Shown one piece after another: positions 14,313 through 25,347 of a DNA stretch of 64,000 nucleotides (its first letter is position 1; each line of letters begins with the position of its first letter). Location of the stretch: NCBI GenBank assembly GCA_965235115.1, contig OZ249444.1, positions 28,706,001-28,770,000 on the forward strand. The letters run 5' to 3'. The position numbers were made by a program, and so were the translations under genes. Source of the DNA: Laetmonice hystrix. Lineage: Eukaryota. The notes beneath the pieces are model-generated. The model saw only the letters and a program-made list of their open reading frames with translations, was not told the DNA's origin and made no database searches.

Positions 14313-14485
14313 CGTCAATAGAGTTGATATCTTCTCTATGTACCATGTACGGACTGCAGAATGTATTAGAATTAAAATCTCAAAGACTGACTGACTGACC
14401 GTACCATGAGGTTGTTACCCAATCATTGGGGAGATGACGACACCGAGGGGAACTTGGGGCGCATTGACTAATGTTACCTTCTCTA

Positions 14486-15250
14486 TGGATTCTCTATATC
14501 TGATTGAACGGTACCATTTGGATTCTCTATATATGATATAACGGTACCATTTAGATTCTCTATCTGATTTAACGGTACCATTTGGATTCGCTATATCTGA
14601 TTTAATGGTACCATTTGGATTCTCTATATCTGATTTAACGGTACCATTTGGATTCTCTATATCTGATTTAACGGTACCATTTAGATTCTATATCTGATTT
14701 AACGGTACCATTTGGATTCTCTATATCTGATTTAACGGTACCATTTGGATTCGCTATATCTGATTTAACGGTACCATTTGGATTCTCTATATCTGATTTA
14801 ACGATACCATTTGGATTCGCTATATCTGATTTAACGGTACCATTTGGATTCTCTATATCTGATATAACGGTACCATTTAGATTCTCTATCTGATTGAACG
14901 GTACCATTTGGATTCTCTATGATTTAACGGTACCATTTGGATTCTCTATATCTGATTTAACGATACCATTTGGATTCTCTATATCTGATTTAACGGTACC
15001 ATTGGGGTTCTCTATATCTGATTTAACGGTACCATTGGGGTTCTCTATATCTGATTTAACGGTACCATTGGGGTTCTCTATATCTGATTTAACGGTACCA
15101 TTTGGATTCTCTATCTGATTTAACGATACCATTTGGATTCTCTATATCTGATTTAATGGTACCATTTGGATTCTCTATCTGATTTAACGATACCATTTGG
15201 ATTCTCTATATCTGATATAACGGTACCATTTGGATTCTCGATATCTGATT
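14486..15250. repeat. 33-bp minisatellite, ~23 copies
   Basis: Unit TTGGATTCTCTATATCTGATTTAACGGTACCAT, with 31-bp deletion variants. Confidence 0.97.
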
Positions 15251-15779
15251 GACTCTGGATGTTAAGATATTGTAATCTCTCTGAATCCCTTACCACCAGG
15301 AGTTGTGCTCTGTCACATAGATATAGATGGTAACAGATGACAGTTTCACGTGTATTACAAGTGTATTACAAGTGTATTACAGGTATAATATTTGGGTGTC
15401 CACCATACAAACCAATTATCCACAGCTATCAGATATGCAGACTGGTCGGGTTTAAATGACACCCCGTCACCAGTATTATCTCAGTGACTTAAGTTCGGAC
15501 CTTTCTCATTCAGGCTCGTACATTTTTAATACCCCCGGCGTGTAGTGGCCCGGGCTGGGGGCCCCCTCCCCCGGGTAGAATCCCCTATTGGTTTGTCGTC
15601 AGTGCATTATCTGTTATCAACCACTCTGTTACAATCAGGGATCATGCTAGGGCACGGAGAGAACAATGGGATGCTATTAGCGTGCTATATGTAGTAATTA
15701 AATGAATGTATCCTGTTAACGATGTCCATTATTGTCATCAGCACGCCTGGGTGGTCGCGTCTGTTAGCCAGACTGTCAT

Positions 15780-16832
15780 AAAACAACCAAATATAAATCT
15801 AAAACACCGCAGACTGCTGCACTAACATTATCAATCCACAGAGAACGGGAGGGTATCACCAAAACAACCAAATATAAATCTAAAACACCACAGACTGCTG
15901 CACTAACATTATCAGCCCACAGAGAACGGGAGGGTATCACCAAAACAACCAAATATAAATCTAAAACACCACAGACTGCTGCACTAACATCATCAACCCA
16001 CAGAGAACGGGAGAGTATCACCAAAACAACCAAATATAAATCTAAAACACCACAGACTGCTGCACTAACATCATCAACCCACAGAGAACGGGAGAGTATC
16101 ACCAAAACAACCAAATATAAATCTAAAACACCACAGACTGCTGCACTAACATCATCAACCCACAGAGAACGGGAGGGTATCACCAAAACAACCAAATATA
16201 AATCTAAAACACCACAGACTGCTGCACTAACATCATCAACCCACAGAGAACGGGAGGGTATCACCAAAACAACCAAATATAAATCTAAAACACCACAGAC
16301 TGCTGCACTAACATCATCAACCCACGAAGAACGGGAGAGTATCACCAAAACAACCAAATATAAATCTAAAACACCTCAGACTGCTGCACTAACATCATCA
16401 ACCCACAGAGAACGGGAGGGTATCACCAAAACAACCAAATATAAATCTAAAACACCACAGACTGCTGCACTAACATCATCAACCCACGGAGAACGGGAGA
16501 GTATCACCAAAACAACCAAATATAAATCTAAAACACCCCAGACTGCTGCACTAACATCATCAATCCACAGAGAACGGGAGGGTATCACCAAAACAACCAA
16601 ATATAAATATAAAACACCTCAGACTGCTGCACTAACATCATCAACCCACAGAGAACGGGAGGGTATCACCAAAACAACCAAATATAAATCTAAAACACCA
16701 CAGACTGCTGCACTAACATCATCAACCCACGGAGAACGGGAGAGTATCACCAAAACAACCAAATATAAATCTAAAACACCTCAGACTGCTGCACTAACAT
16801 CATCAACCCACAGAGAACGGGAGGGTATCACC
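15780..16832. repeat. 81-bp minisatellite, 13 copies, no indels
   Basis: Unit AAAACAACCAAATATAAATCTAAAACACCACAGACTGCTGCACTAACATCATCAACCCACAGAGAACGGGAGGGTATCACC; starts at 15780, 15861, ... 16752. Confidence 0.97.
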
Positions 16833-17606
16833 AAATGATGATTACATGAGGTAATCCGCCACCAACTCGCCATATATCCCACCCTATGAGGGGTAAGATC
16901 TCAACCCACAGAGAACGGGAGGGTATCACAAAATGATGATTACATGAGGTAATCCGCCTCCAACCCGCCATATATCCCACCCTATGAGGGGTAAGAACTC
17001 AACCCACAGAGAACGGGAGGGTATCACAAAATGATGATGTATTACATGTACAATGTGGTAATCCGCCTCCAACCCGCCATATATCCCACCCTATGAGGGG
17101 TAAGATCTCAACCCACAGAGAACGGGAGGGTATCACAAAATGATGATTACATGTGGCAATCCGCCACCAACTCGCCATATATCCCACCCTATGAGGGGTA
17201 AGATCTCAACCCACAGAGAACGGGAGGGTATCACAAAATGATGATTACATGTGGCAATCCGCCACCAACCCGCCATATATCCCACCCTATGGGGGGTAAG
17301 ATCTCAACCCACAGAGAACGGGAGGGTATCACCAAATGATGATTACGTGAGGTAATCCGCCTCCAACCCGCCATATATCCCACCCTATGAGGGGTAAGAT
17401 CTCAACCCACAGAGAACGGGAGGGTATCACAAAATGATGATGAGTACATGTGGTAATCCGCCTCCAACCCGCCATATATCCCACCCTATGAGGGGTAAGA
17501 TCTCAACCCACAGAGAACGGGAGGGTATCACAAAATGATGATGAGTACATGTGGTAATCCGCCTCCAACTCGCCACATATCCCACCCTATGAGGGGTAAG
17601 ATCTCA
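16803..17606. repeat. ~98-bp minisatellite, ~8 copies
   Basis: TCAACCCACAGAGAACGG recurs at 16803, 16901, 16999, 17108, 17206, 17304, 17402 and 17503. Confidence 0.96.
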
Positions 17607-20600
17607 AAATCTCTCATTATCCCTAGCCTCAAACTGATGGTTAACCGTAGTTTATAGTGCCCTTCACCCTCACTATCGTGTGAATGTTACAATGGTGAGA
17701 AATCTCAGTTTTGGGATCGCTTCCACCACAGTTTACTCTCGCGGAGGGACTCTACCTGGAAGGATGAGGGGAAAAACGAACACTTCCAACAAACGCATCA
17801 ATGAAAAGTCTTTGCGGAATAAAACAAGAAAAAAATCTAAGACCGAAGCAGTGGAAGGTATTTCTCACGAAAGCCAAACATAATTCTTTGTTTCGGAAAA
17901 ACTGCGAATAGGAGGAATGAACATGTAGATCAAGTATGAGCTAGCTTTTACTCATTCCGTTTGTGTAGCAGTCCCTGGAATTTGACGACCTTCATTATGT
18001 GCCAGCCACTCATTTTAATGCGCTTGTATTGAAATAGGAACGGTGCCGGTTTAAAAAATGCATTAATCTATCAGAAATAGTGTTTGTTTCAGACTGCGCA
18101 ACAAAATAATTCTTCACTTTCTTTCACAGCTTTCCCTTTACATATTTTAAAAGTTGTACTCTGAGAAATGAGATGTTCAACTTTCTCATACAACCCATGA
18201 ACATATATGTTATGACGGTTATTAAAAATGGCTTTTAAGCTCTAAAATAAGTGGCTTACATCATAGCATAATAAAAGTAGCGTAAGAACGGTATATGGGC
18301 GACTTCCTGCCTACATGCAAACGTTACGTATGCTTCTACACAAAGAACCGTGTAGCTCGGCATCGTGGCGAATTCTAAGTGACTTTGGCAAAGCGCGGGA
18401 GAAGAAAAAAAACACGACTGGCAGACTTTGTTCCTAAATACCAACAGTGGCGTTCCTAAGGCAGGCAAACATCTTTGATGGCATTTTCCCACTTACATCT
18501 GTGTGACACATCACTAAAATAAACACTCAAACATGCCAGCCATTACAAATTTCTCCACAATGCATTTCATTCCGTAAGATTCCCAGCACTCTGAAATGAT
18601 AAAATTCCTCACTGCAAACCTATACGTTTTGGGAATGTTTTAAAATTAGTCTCACTCTGAATGATATCTGAAAGTGAACTTTTACATTGACGCAGTTATT
18701 CTGTCTTGGATGTTGACTCAAATAATGGTATAAACTGTCACTGTAAATATAACCCTTGAAGACCTGCTGGCTTTTGGTGACAATGTCCCTAAATGGAGGA
18801 TAATAATATGGTGATAAGTAATCTGCAGGTTATCTGCTAGCTTATTAAAGGTCATGTATTATATTAGAATACCAGACTGGGGCATGGTTTCAGGAGGTCG
18901 ATGGCCGCTGTCCGTAGGACTCGTGAAAACAACCCCAAGTAGATGGCTTGACTTACAGCCTACCTCCGATAACTTTGTAAAGCCACGGCAGGAGCGCCAT
19001 CTGACGGTAATCTACAGGTCGCAAATGTTACAATCCATGGCACCGTCCTGATTAAACTCATCTAGTCGCCAACAATGGAAGCATTGCGGCAGATGTTGCA
19101 CTTAGCTTTCTACTGGTGCTGTCAAATTATCCACGATCGCCACCAACACTGCCCCGTTCTGTGTCTATTGGTGGGATGATCTGTACCCATCGATCTTATT
19201 GTCTTTCTGCCATGGTAGGGGCTGCATCCGACGCTAAACCACATGTGTTCTTATAAATTGCTACCAGCATGGTAAGGAACAATACAAGTAAATGGAGCAA
19301 GGCGAAGTCAGTCCACAGCTCTAACAACACCTGCTACCACACGTTGGACCTGGCGTTCTACCGTTTACATGACAACCAGATAATTATCCCACTACACCAC
19401 TTTTTAAGAATTCTTTAAAATAATTTTTTTCATTTACAATCAATTAATATCACAATGATCACAAACAGTATATGCACGAAAGGTCAGCGAGTAGAACCAT
19501 TCGGTTATAATGCATGGAAACACCCTCCCATTGATAGGCTTACCTTACAAAGGAATCCAAAAAACTTTAATTTTGCATGATATGACAGCAATGTTTTAAT
19601 GCCTAAACAATCCATGTTTTAAAGTTATTTACGGAATACAAATACCCATTAGATTTGAATTATGTGGCAGCTGCGCTGTAGGAGAATCAAGTAGCAACTT
19701 TACTTCCCCAAAAGGTTTGTTTTACTCGGAATATAATGGCTCTTACATCTCCTTGCGACAAGGAAAACGTCTAAAATGCTTTCTTTTATCCCAAATCAAG
19801 CCATGCACCATATGGTGATACAACATGTACTTTCACTTCAAAACAACTTCACCTTCATTTTACCTCACAGACATAAAAAAACAAGTGTTGCTGAAGAAGT
19901 TTGGAATCGTAGCGAACTCGACCCCAGCCGAACCATCAGTTATGAAATAGGTGAACTTCAGATGAACACTCATCCATGCATATTGCCGTCACGGCAAGCC
20001 CCAGACTTTTCAGAAAAGTACAATCTCCCGCGACATCTCCGAATAATGATGGCATATCTTATTATTACAACATTCATGAGGACATATAATGTTAATATTA
20101 CACTGACATATCCTGTGTAAAGTTCAGTCTTGCTGTGCGTGGCCCCAGCAGCGGTAAGAGACAGTGACTCGTCTGACAAATTGACCATCCATCAGTACAC
20201 AGCCTTGGGCTGCGTGGTTTGTGGAAAGTAAATGTTGTCAGGTTCAGTGACGTGACCGTATCAGTCCAATTGGGGTGAACAGTCGTCTAAGACATGGAAT
20301 TTGACGAATTCACGCTCAGTCGTTATCTCCATGCTTTCAGCGGTTCGTGTCAGGGGTGGCAGCGTTCCTACCCCCCCCCCCTCCTCCCCACCATTAATGG
20401 GGAATACACACAAACTGCCAGAATGATAACGGATACAGAACGTTGTAAAATCGAACTGAGAGGGCAGTAACATTCTCAGACATTTAGTGACAGATCTGTC
20501 ACCGAACTGTACAAAAATACAAACCATCTTTACTACTCAAAGGGAGTACTCGTCTCTCTATCCTTCATACTGAACCCCTGGCCGGCTGACAAATACTCGA

Positions 20601-20992
20601 CAAAAACAACGTCTTAGCAGTGCACACTAATTGGGTTCAAAAGGCCCCTCAACGGTACAGTTCGGATCGAGAAACAAGTCGAGTGCTACAATCACTTTTT
20701 CAGTGGTTTTTTTTCGTAGCGCACCTGCCTTAGATCAGTGGTTGCACCTTGAAGCAGAGCCCGTAGACATCACCTTGGAAACCTACTTATCATAGGGCGA
20801 TGATTTGTGAAGAAGGGAGAGAAAAAAACCGGCAAAGAATACCACAGTTTTTGGAGACATTTTGAGCAGGAAAACGACCACCCCTGTTCAACCACATCCC
20901 CCGGATCCTTGCTTGATGTATGGAACCCACCCCGCCCCCTTCCCGTCACCGGTTTACAACACTGGCTGGGATGGTGGTGGTGGTGTTTTTAA

Positions 20993-23003
20993 CCCTATCC
21001 CTAGCCATGCCCCAAACCGTAACCCTCACAGACCTCCCCCCACCCCCACCTACCGTCCACCTGTTACCGGGCCTCAGACTTACACCAATGTTACACTGAC
21101 CAAGACCCTATCCCTAGCCATGCCCCAAACCGTAACCCTCACAGACCTCTCCCCCCACCCCCACCTACCGTCCGCCTACCTGTTACCGGGCCTCAGACTC
21201 ACCCCAATGTTACACTGACCAAGACCCTATCCCTAACCATGCCCCAAACCGTAACCCTCACAGACCTCCCCCCACCCCCACCTACCGTCCGCCTACCTGT
21301 TACCGGGCCTCAGACTCACCCCAATGTTACACTGACCAAGACCCTATCCCTAACCATGCCCCAAACCGTAACCCTCACAGACCTCTCCCCCCACCCCCAC
21401 CCCCACCTACCGTCCACCTGTTACCGGGCCTCAGACTTACACCAATGTTACACTGACCAAGACCCTATCCCTAACCATGCCCCAAACCGTAACCCTCACA
21501 GACCTCCCCCCACCCCCACCTACCGTCCGCCTACCTGTTACCGGGCCTCAGACTCACCCCAATGTTACACTGACCAAGACCCTATCCCTAACCATGCCCC
21601 AAACCGTAACCCTCACAGACCTCTCCCCCCACCCCCACCTACCGTCCGCCTACCTGTTACCGGGCCTCAGACTCACCCCAATGTTACACTGACCAAGACC
21701 CTATCCCTAGCCATGCCCCAAACCGTAACCCTCACAGACCTCTCCCCCCACCCCCACCTACCGTCCGCCTACCTGTTACCGGGCCTCAGACTCATCCCAA
21801 TGTTACACTGACCAAGACCCTATCCCTAGCCATGCCCCAAACCGTAACCCTCACAGACCTCTCCCCCCACCCCCACCTACCGTCCACCTGTTACCGGGCC
21901 TCAGACTCATCCCAATGTTACACTGACCAAGACCCTATCCCTAGCCATGCCCCAAACCGTAACCCTCACAGACCTCTCCCCCCACCCCCACCCCCACCTA
22001 CCGTCCGCCTGTTACCGGGCCTCAGACTCACCCCAATGTTACACTGACCAAGACCCTATCCCTAGCCATGCCCTAAACCGTAACCCTCACAGACCTCTCC
22101 CCCCACCCCCACCTACCGTCCGCCTACCTGTTACCGGGCCTCAGACTCACCCCAATGTTACACTGACCAAGACCCTATCCCTAACCATGCCCCAAACCGT
22201 AACCCTCACAGACCTCTCCCCACCCCACCTACCGTCCGCCTACCTGTTACCGGGCCTCAGACTCACCCCAAATGTTACACTGACCAAGACCCTATCCCTA
22301 GCCCTGCCCCAAACCGTAACCCTCACAGACCTCTCCCCCCACCCCCACCTACCGTCCGCCTACCTGTTACCGGGCCTCAGACTCACCCCAATGTTACACT
22401 GACCAAGACCCTATCCCTAACCATGCCCCAAACCGTAACCCTCACAGACCTCTCCCCACCCCCACCTACCGTCCGCCTGTTACCGGGCCTCAGACTCACC
22501 CCAATGTTACACTGACCAAGACCCTATCCCTAACCATGCCCCAAACCGTAACCCTCACAGACCTCTCCCCCCACCCCCACCCCCACCTACCGTCCGCCTA
22601 CCTGTTACCGGGCCTCAGACTCACCCCAATGTTACACTGACCAAGACCCTATCCCTAGCCATGCCCCAAACCGTAACCCTCACAGACCTCCCCCCACCCC
22701 CACCTACCGTCCGCCTACCTGTTACCGGGCCTCAGACTCACCCCAATGTTACACTGACCAAGACCCTATCCCTAACCATGCCCCAAACCGTAACCCTCAC
22801 AGACCTCTCCCCCCACCCCCACCCCCACCTACCGTCCGCCTACCTGTTACCGGGCCTCAGACTCACCCCAATGTTACACTGACCAAGACCCTATCCCTAA
22901 CCATGCCCCAAACCGTAACCCTCACAGACCTCCCCCCACCCCCACCTACCGTCCGCCTGTTACCGGGCCTCAGACTCACCCCAATGTTACACTGACCAAG
23001 ACC
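20993..23003. repeat. ~113-123-bp C-rich minisatellite, ~17 copies
   Basis: Unit CCCTATCCCTAGCCATGCCCCAAACCGTAACCCTCACAGACCTCTCCCCCCACCCCCACCTACCGTCCGCCTACCTGTTACCGGGCCTCAGACTCACCCCAATGTTACACTGACCAAGA; length varies in the C-runs. Confidence 0.97.
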
Positions 23004-23749
23004 ATCCTGCAATATTTCACCTTACATCAATTATAATCTTCCGAACTCCGAGTTTAAAATAAAAATAAATATTTATCGGTTACATGACCGTTGCCTTGTC
23101 CAATTCTCTATGATCCTCACACCAGCAATCTGCGACATCAAACTTTTGTTGGCCTACATCTTTCATTCCTAGATCGATCTATTGATCGATGATATCGATT
23201 TATTCCGGGGGGTTCTGGAGATAAACATCCCTACCAGAACCGATCCGTCTGGTGAGATGTAAACCTGTAAATCCCAGTTGTACTGGCATACAGACCTGCT
23301 GATACCGTCGGAATATCTACACGGGGTACAAGCTCAAACATGGGCCCGTTAAACAATGACATTGACTTTTAACATGTCCAATCCTTGATATCATAGACAT
23401 GTTATATTGTTTCCCAAGCTGCCTTGTTGAAAACTGTTCTCGCCATCAGATTCATGGTTACCTGACCTCAGCTCATGTTGACGAGGGTGAAACCACATAC
23501 CCACCTCTCCAGGGGTAATTATCATATTTACCCCAACTCTATGATTTGACCAGTATATCTACCCCGGCATACCTCGACCTCAGGCTATGGTATCCTGCAG
23601 ATACCTATACTGCAGTGGCCCTATATAAACTTATGGGGCATAAGATGGTCTGTAAACAACATCAATTTATTTTTGTTCATTTGTTGAGTCGTTTGTTGTC
23701 AACGTTTGAACCTGTTGGGGTTCACCCAAACTGCATAAACTAGCGAGGC

Positions 23750-24157
23750 AACAGCAGACAGCAGTAGGAGCAGCAGCAAGAGGAGCAGCAGCAAGAGGAG
23801 CAGCAGCAAGAGGAGCAGCAGCAAGAGCAGGAGCAGCAGCAGCAGCAAGAGCAAGAGGAGCAGCAGCAGCAGCAAGAGCAGCGGGAGAAGGAGCAGCAGC
23901 AGGAGCAGGAGCAGCAGCAAGAGGAGCAGCAGCAAGAGGAGCAGCAGCAAGAGCAGGAGGAGCAGCAGCAGCAGCAAGAGCAGCGGGAGAAGGAGCAGCA
24001 GCAGGAGCAGGAGCAGCAGCAAGAGGAGGAGCAGCAGCAGCAGCAAGAGGAGCAGCAGCAAGAGCAGGAGCAGCAGCAAGAGGAGCAGCAGCAGCAAGAA
24101 CAGGAGGAGGGGGGAGGAGGAGGAGTAGGAACAGGAGCTGCAGCAGTATGAGCAGGA

Positions 24158-24195
<38 letters not shown>

Positions 24196-24200
24196 CAGCA

Positions 24201-24234
<34 letters not shown>

Positions 24235-24236
24235 CC
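23750..24236. repeat. Compound CAG/GAG/CAA trinucleotide tract
   Basis: (GCAGCAGCAAGAGGA)n-like units ending in near-pure (CAG)n. The Q/E-rich frame is preceded by a TAG and shifted at the G-run near 24110. Confidence 0.93.
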
Positions 24237-24310
24237 AGCACAATCCCGTCGCTTCATCCCCTAAGTGTGCGGCGATGTCACCACTAAGACTTCTCCCAGG
24301 ATGAACCTCT

Positions 24311-25029
24311 GGATTAACATCACACAATCGTTCGTCTCGAGATTTATGGTTCTATCAGTATGGGTGGTCCGCTTCAATAACGTCTAAATAACGTCCTCTC
24401 CACTACCTTAATCTGACCATCATCCTGAAACATCTCGGCATTACTGACAGCATTAGGAGATGCCAATACTCGGCCAAGATAGTCCGGTAATTATGTCTCA
24501 AACGGTCGTAATTACCCGTTGATTAAAGAACTCTCTGCGGTCACTCAGTCAGGATTAGTCTCAAGAGGTCTCGGATTAACCCAATGATATTGCTAGATTA
24601 CAGACCAAAAGTGCAATCGTCTCTTGAGCAGGTTCACGAGCATTAATCTTAAAGACAACGGGAGGTGATTACTGTGGAGGCAATATTGGGTTTTGTGGAG
24701 ACTGGTGGCTTGGAAACGCCGCAAAATGGACTTATTTGTTTGAACAGATCTTAGTGGAAATAAGAGAAAATTCCCAGGGATTGTGAGCTTAGGTTGCCAT
24801 GGTTGCCACACAGAGAGGACAGAGCAGAACCCTGATTGAGGTGATTACTATTTTAACACAACCTCTCTTTATGTTATCACTCACATATTTCATCCCAGTC
24901 CAGCAGCCTCGAGTTTTACCTCATCCCAACCCCAATGTTAATTGGTATTACCCCGGTGGATAGGCGGTCTATTTATTATGTACTCAATATTGTCGGACAG
25001 GTTTAAAGTTCAGGGTTTTCTTAGGATTA
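24311..25029. promoter_or_regulatory. Cluster of K50 homeodomain (Otx/Pitx/Gsc-type TAATCC/TAATCT) and TAATTA motifs; putative enhancer
   Basis: GGATTA at 24311, 24552, 24573 and 25024; TAATCT/AGATTA at 24409, 24595 and 24644; TAATTA at 24488 and 24509. All in unique sequence. Function is inferred. Confidence 0.35.
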
Positions 25030-25347
25030 ATTCCCTGGCCTTGTCACGTTAACTTTACTAGATCAATTACCGTCAAGTACAACAAAATAACACGACTCCA
25101 TCGACTTTAATCTTATCTTACATTACGGTAGGATACGAACATAAGTCGGATTCATTCATTGGTCAAAGATATCAGCCAATCAGCTGTGTCCTCCCGTGCT
25201 TCAAGCTCGATCTTGGCAGAGCTTGGTGCTGATGTGAGATCAAGCAATCGGCAACATTCACAAACACCTTCGTCAGTGCTCCAACTGTCCCCGGCCTCTG
25301 CTCTTCCTGTACAATTCAATTCACGTTAACCCTGACAGTGGTGTTCC

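Noticed and set aside
23740-24327. Poly-Q/E or poly-A coding exon
   Set aside because: The Q/E frame starts after a TAG and is shifted and stopped near 24110-24150. There is no flanking domain.
25155-25185. Paired CCAAT boxes (ATTGG...GCCAATCAG) suggesting a promoter
   Set aside because: Two short motifs only, with no adjoining exon or CpG island; expected by chance.
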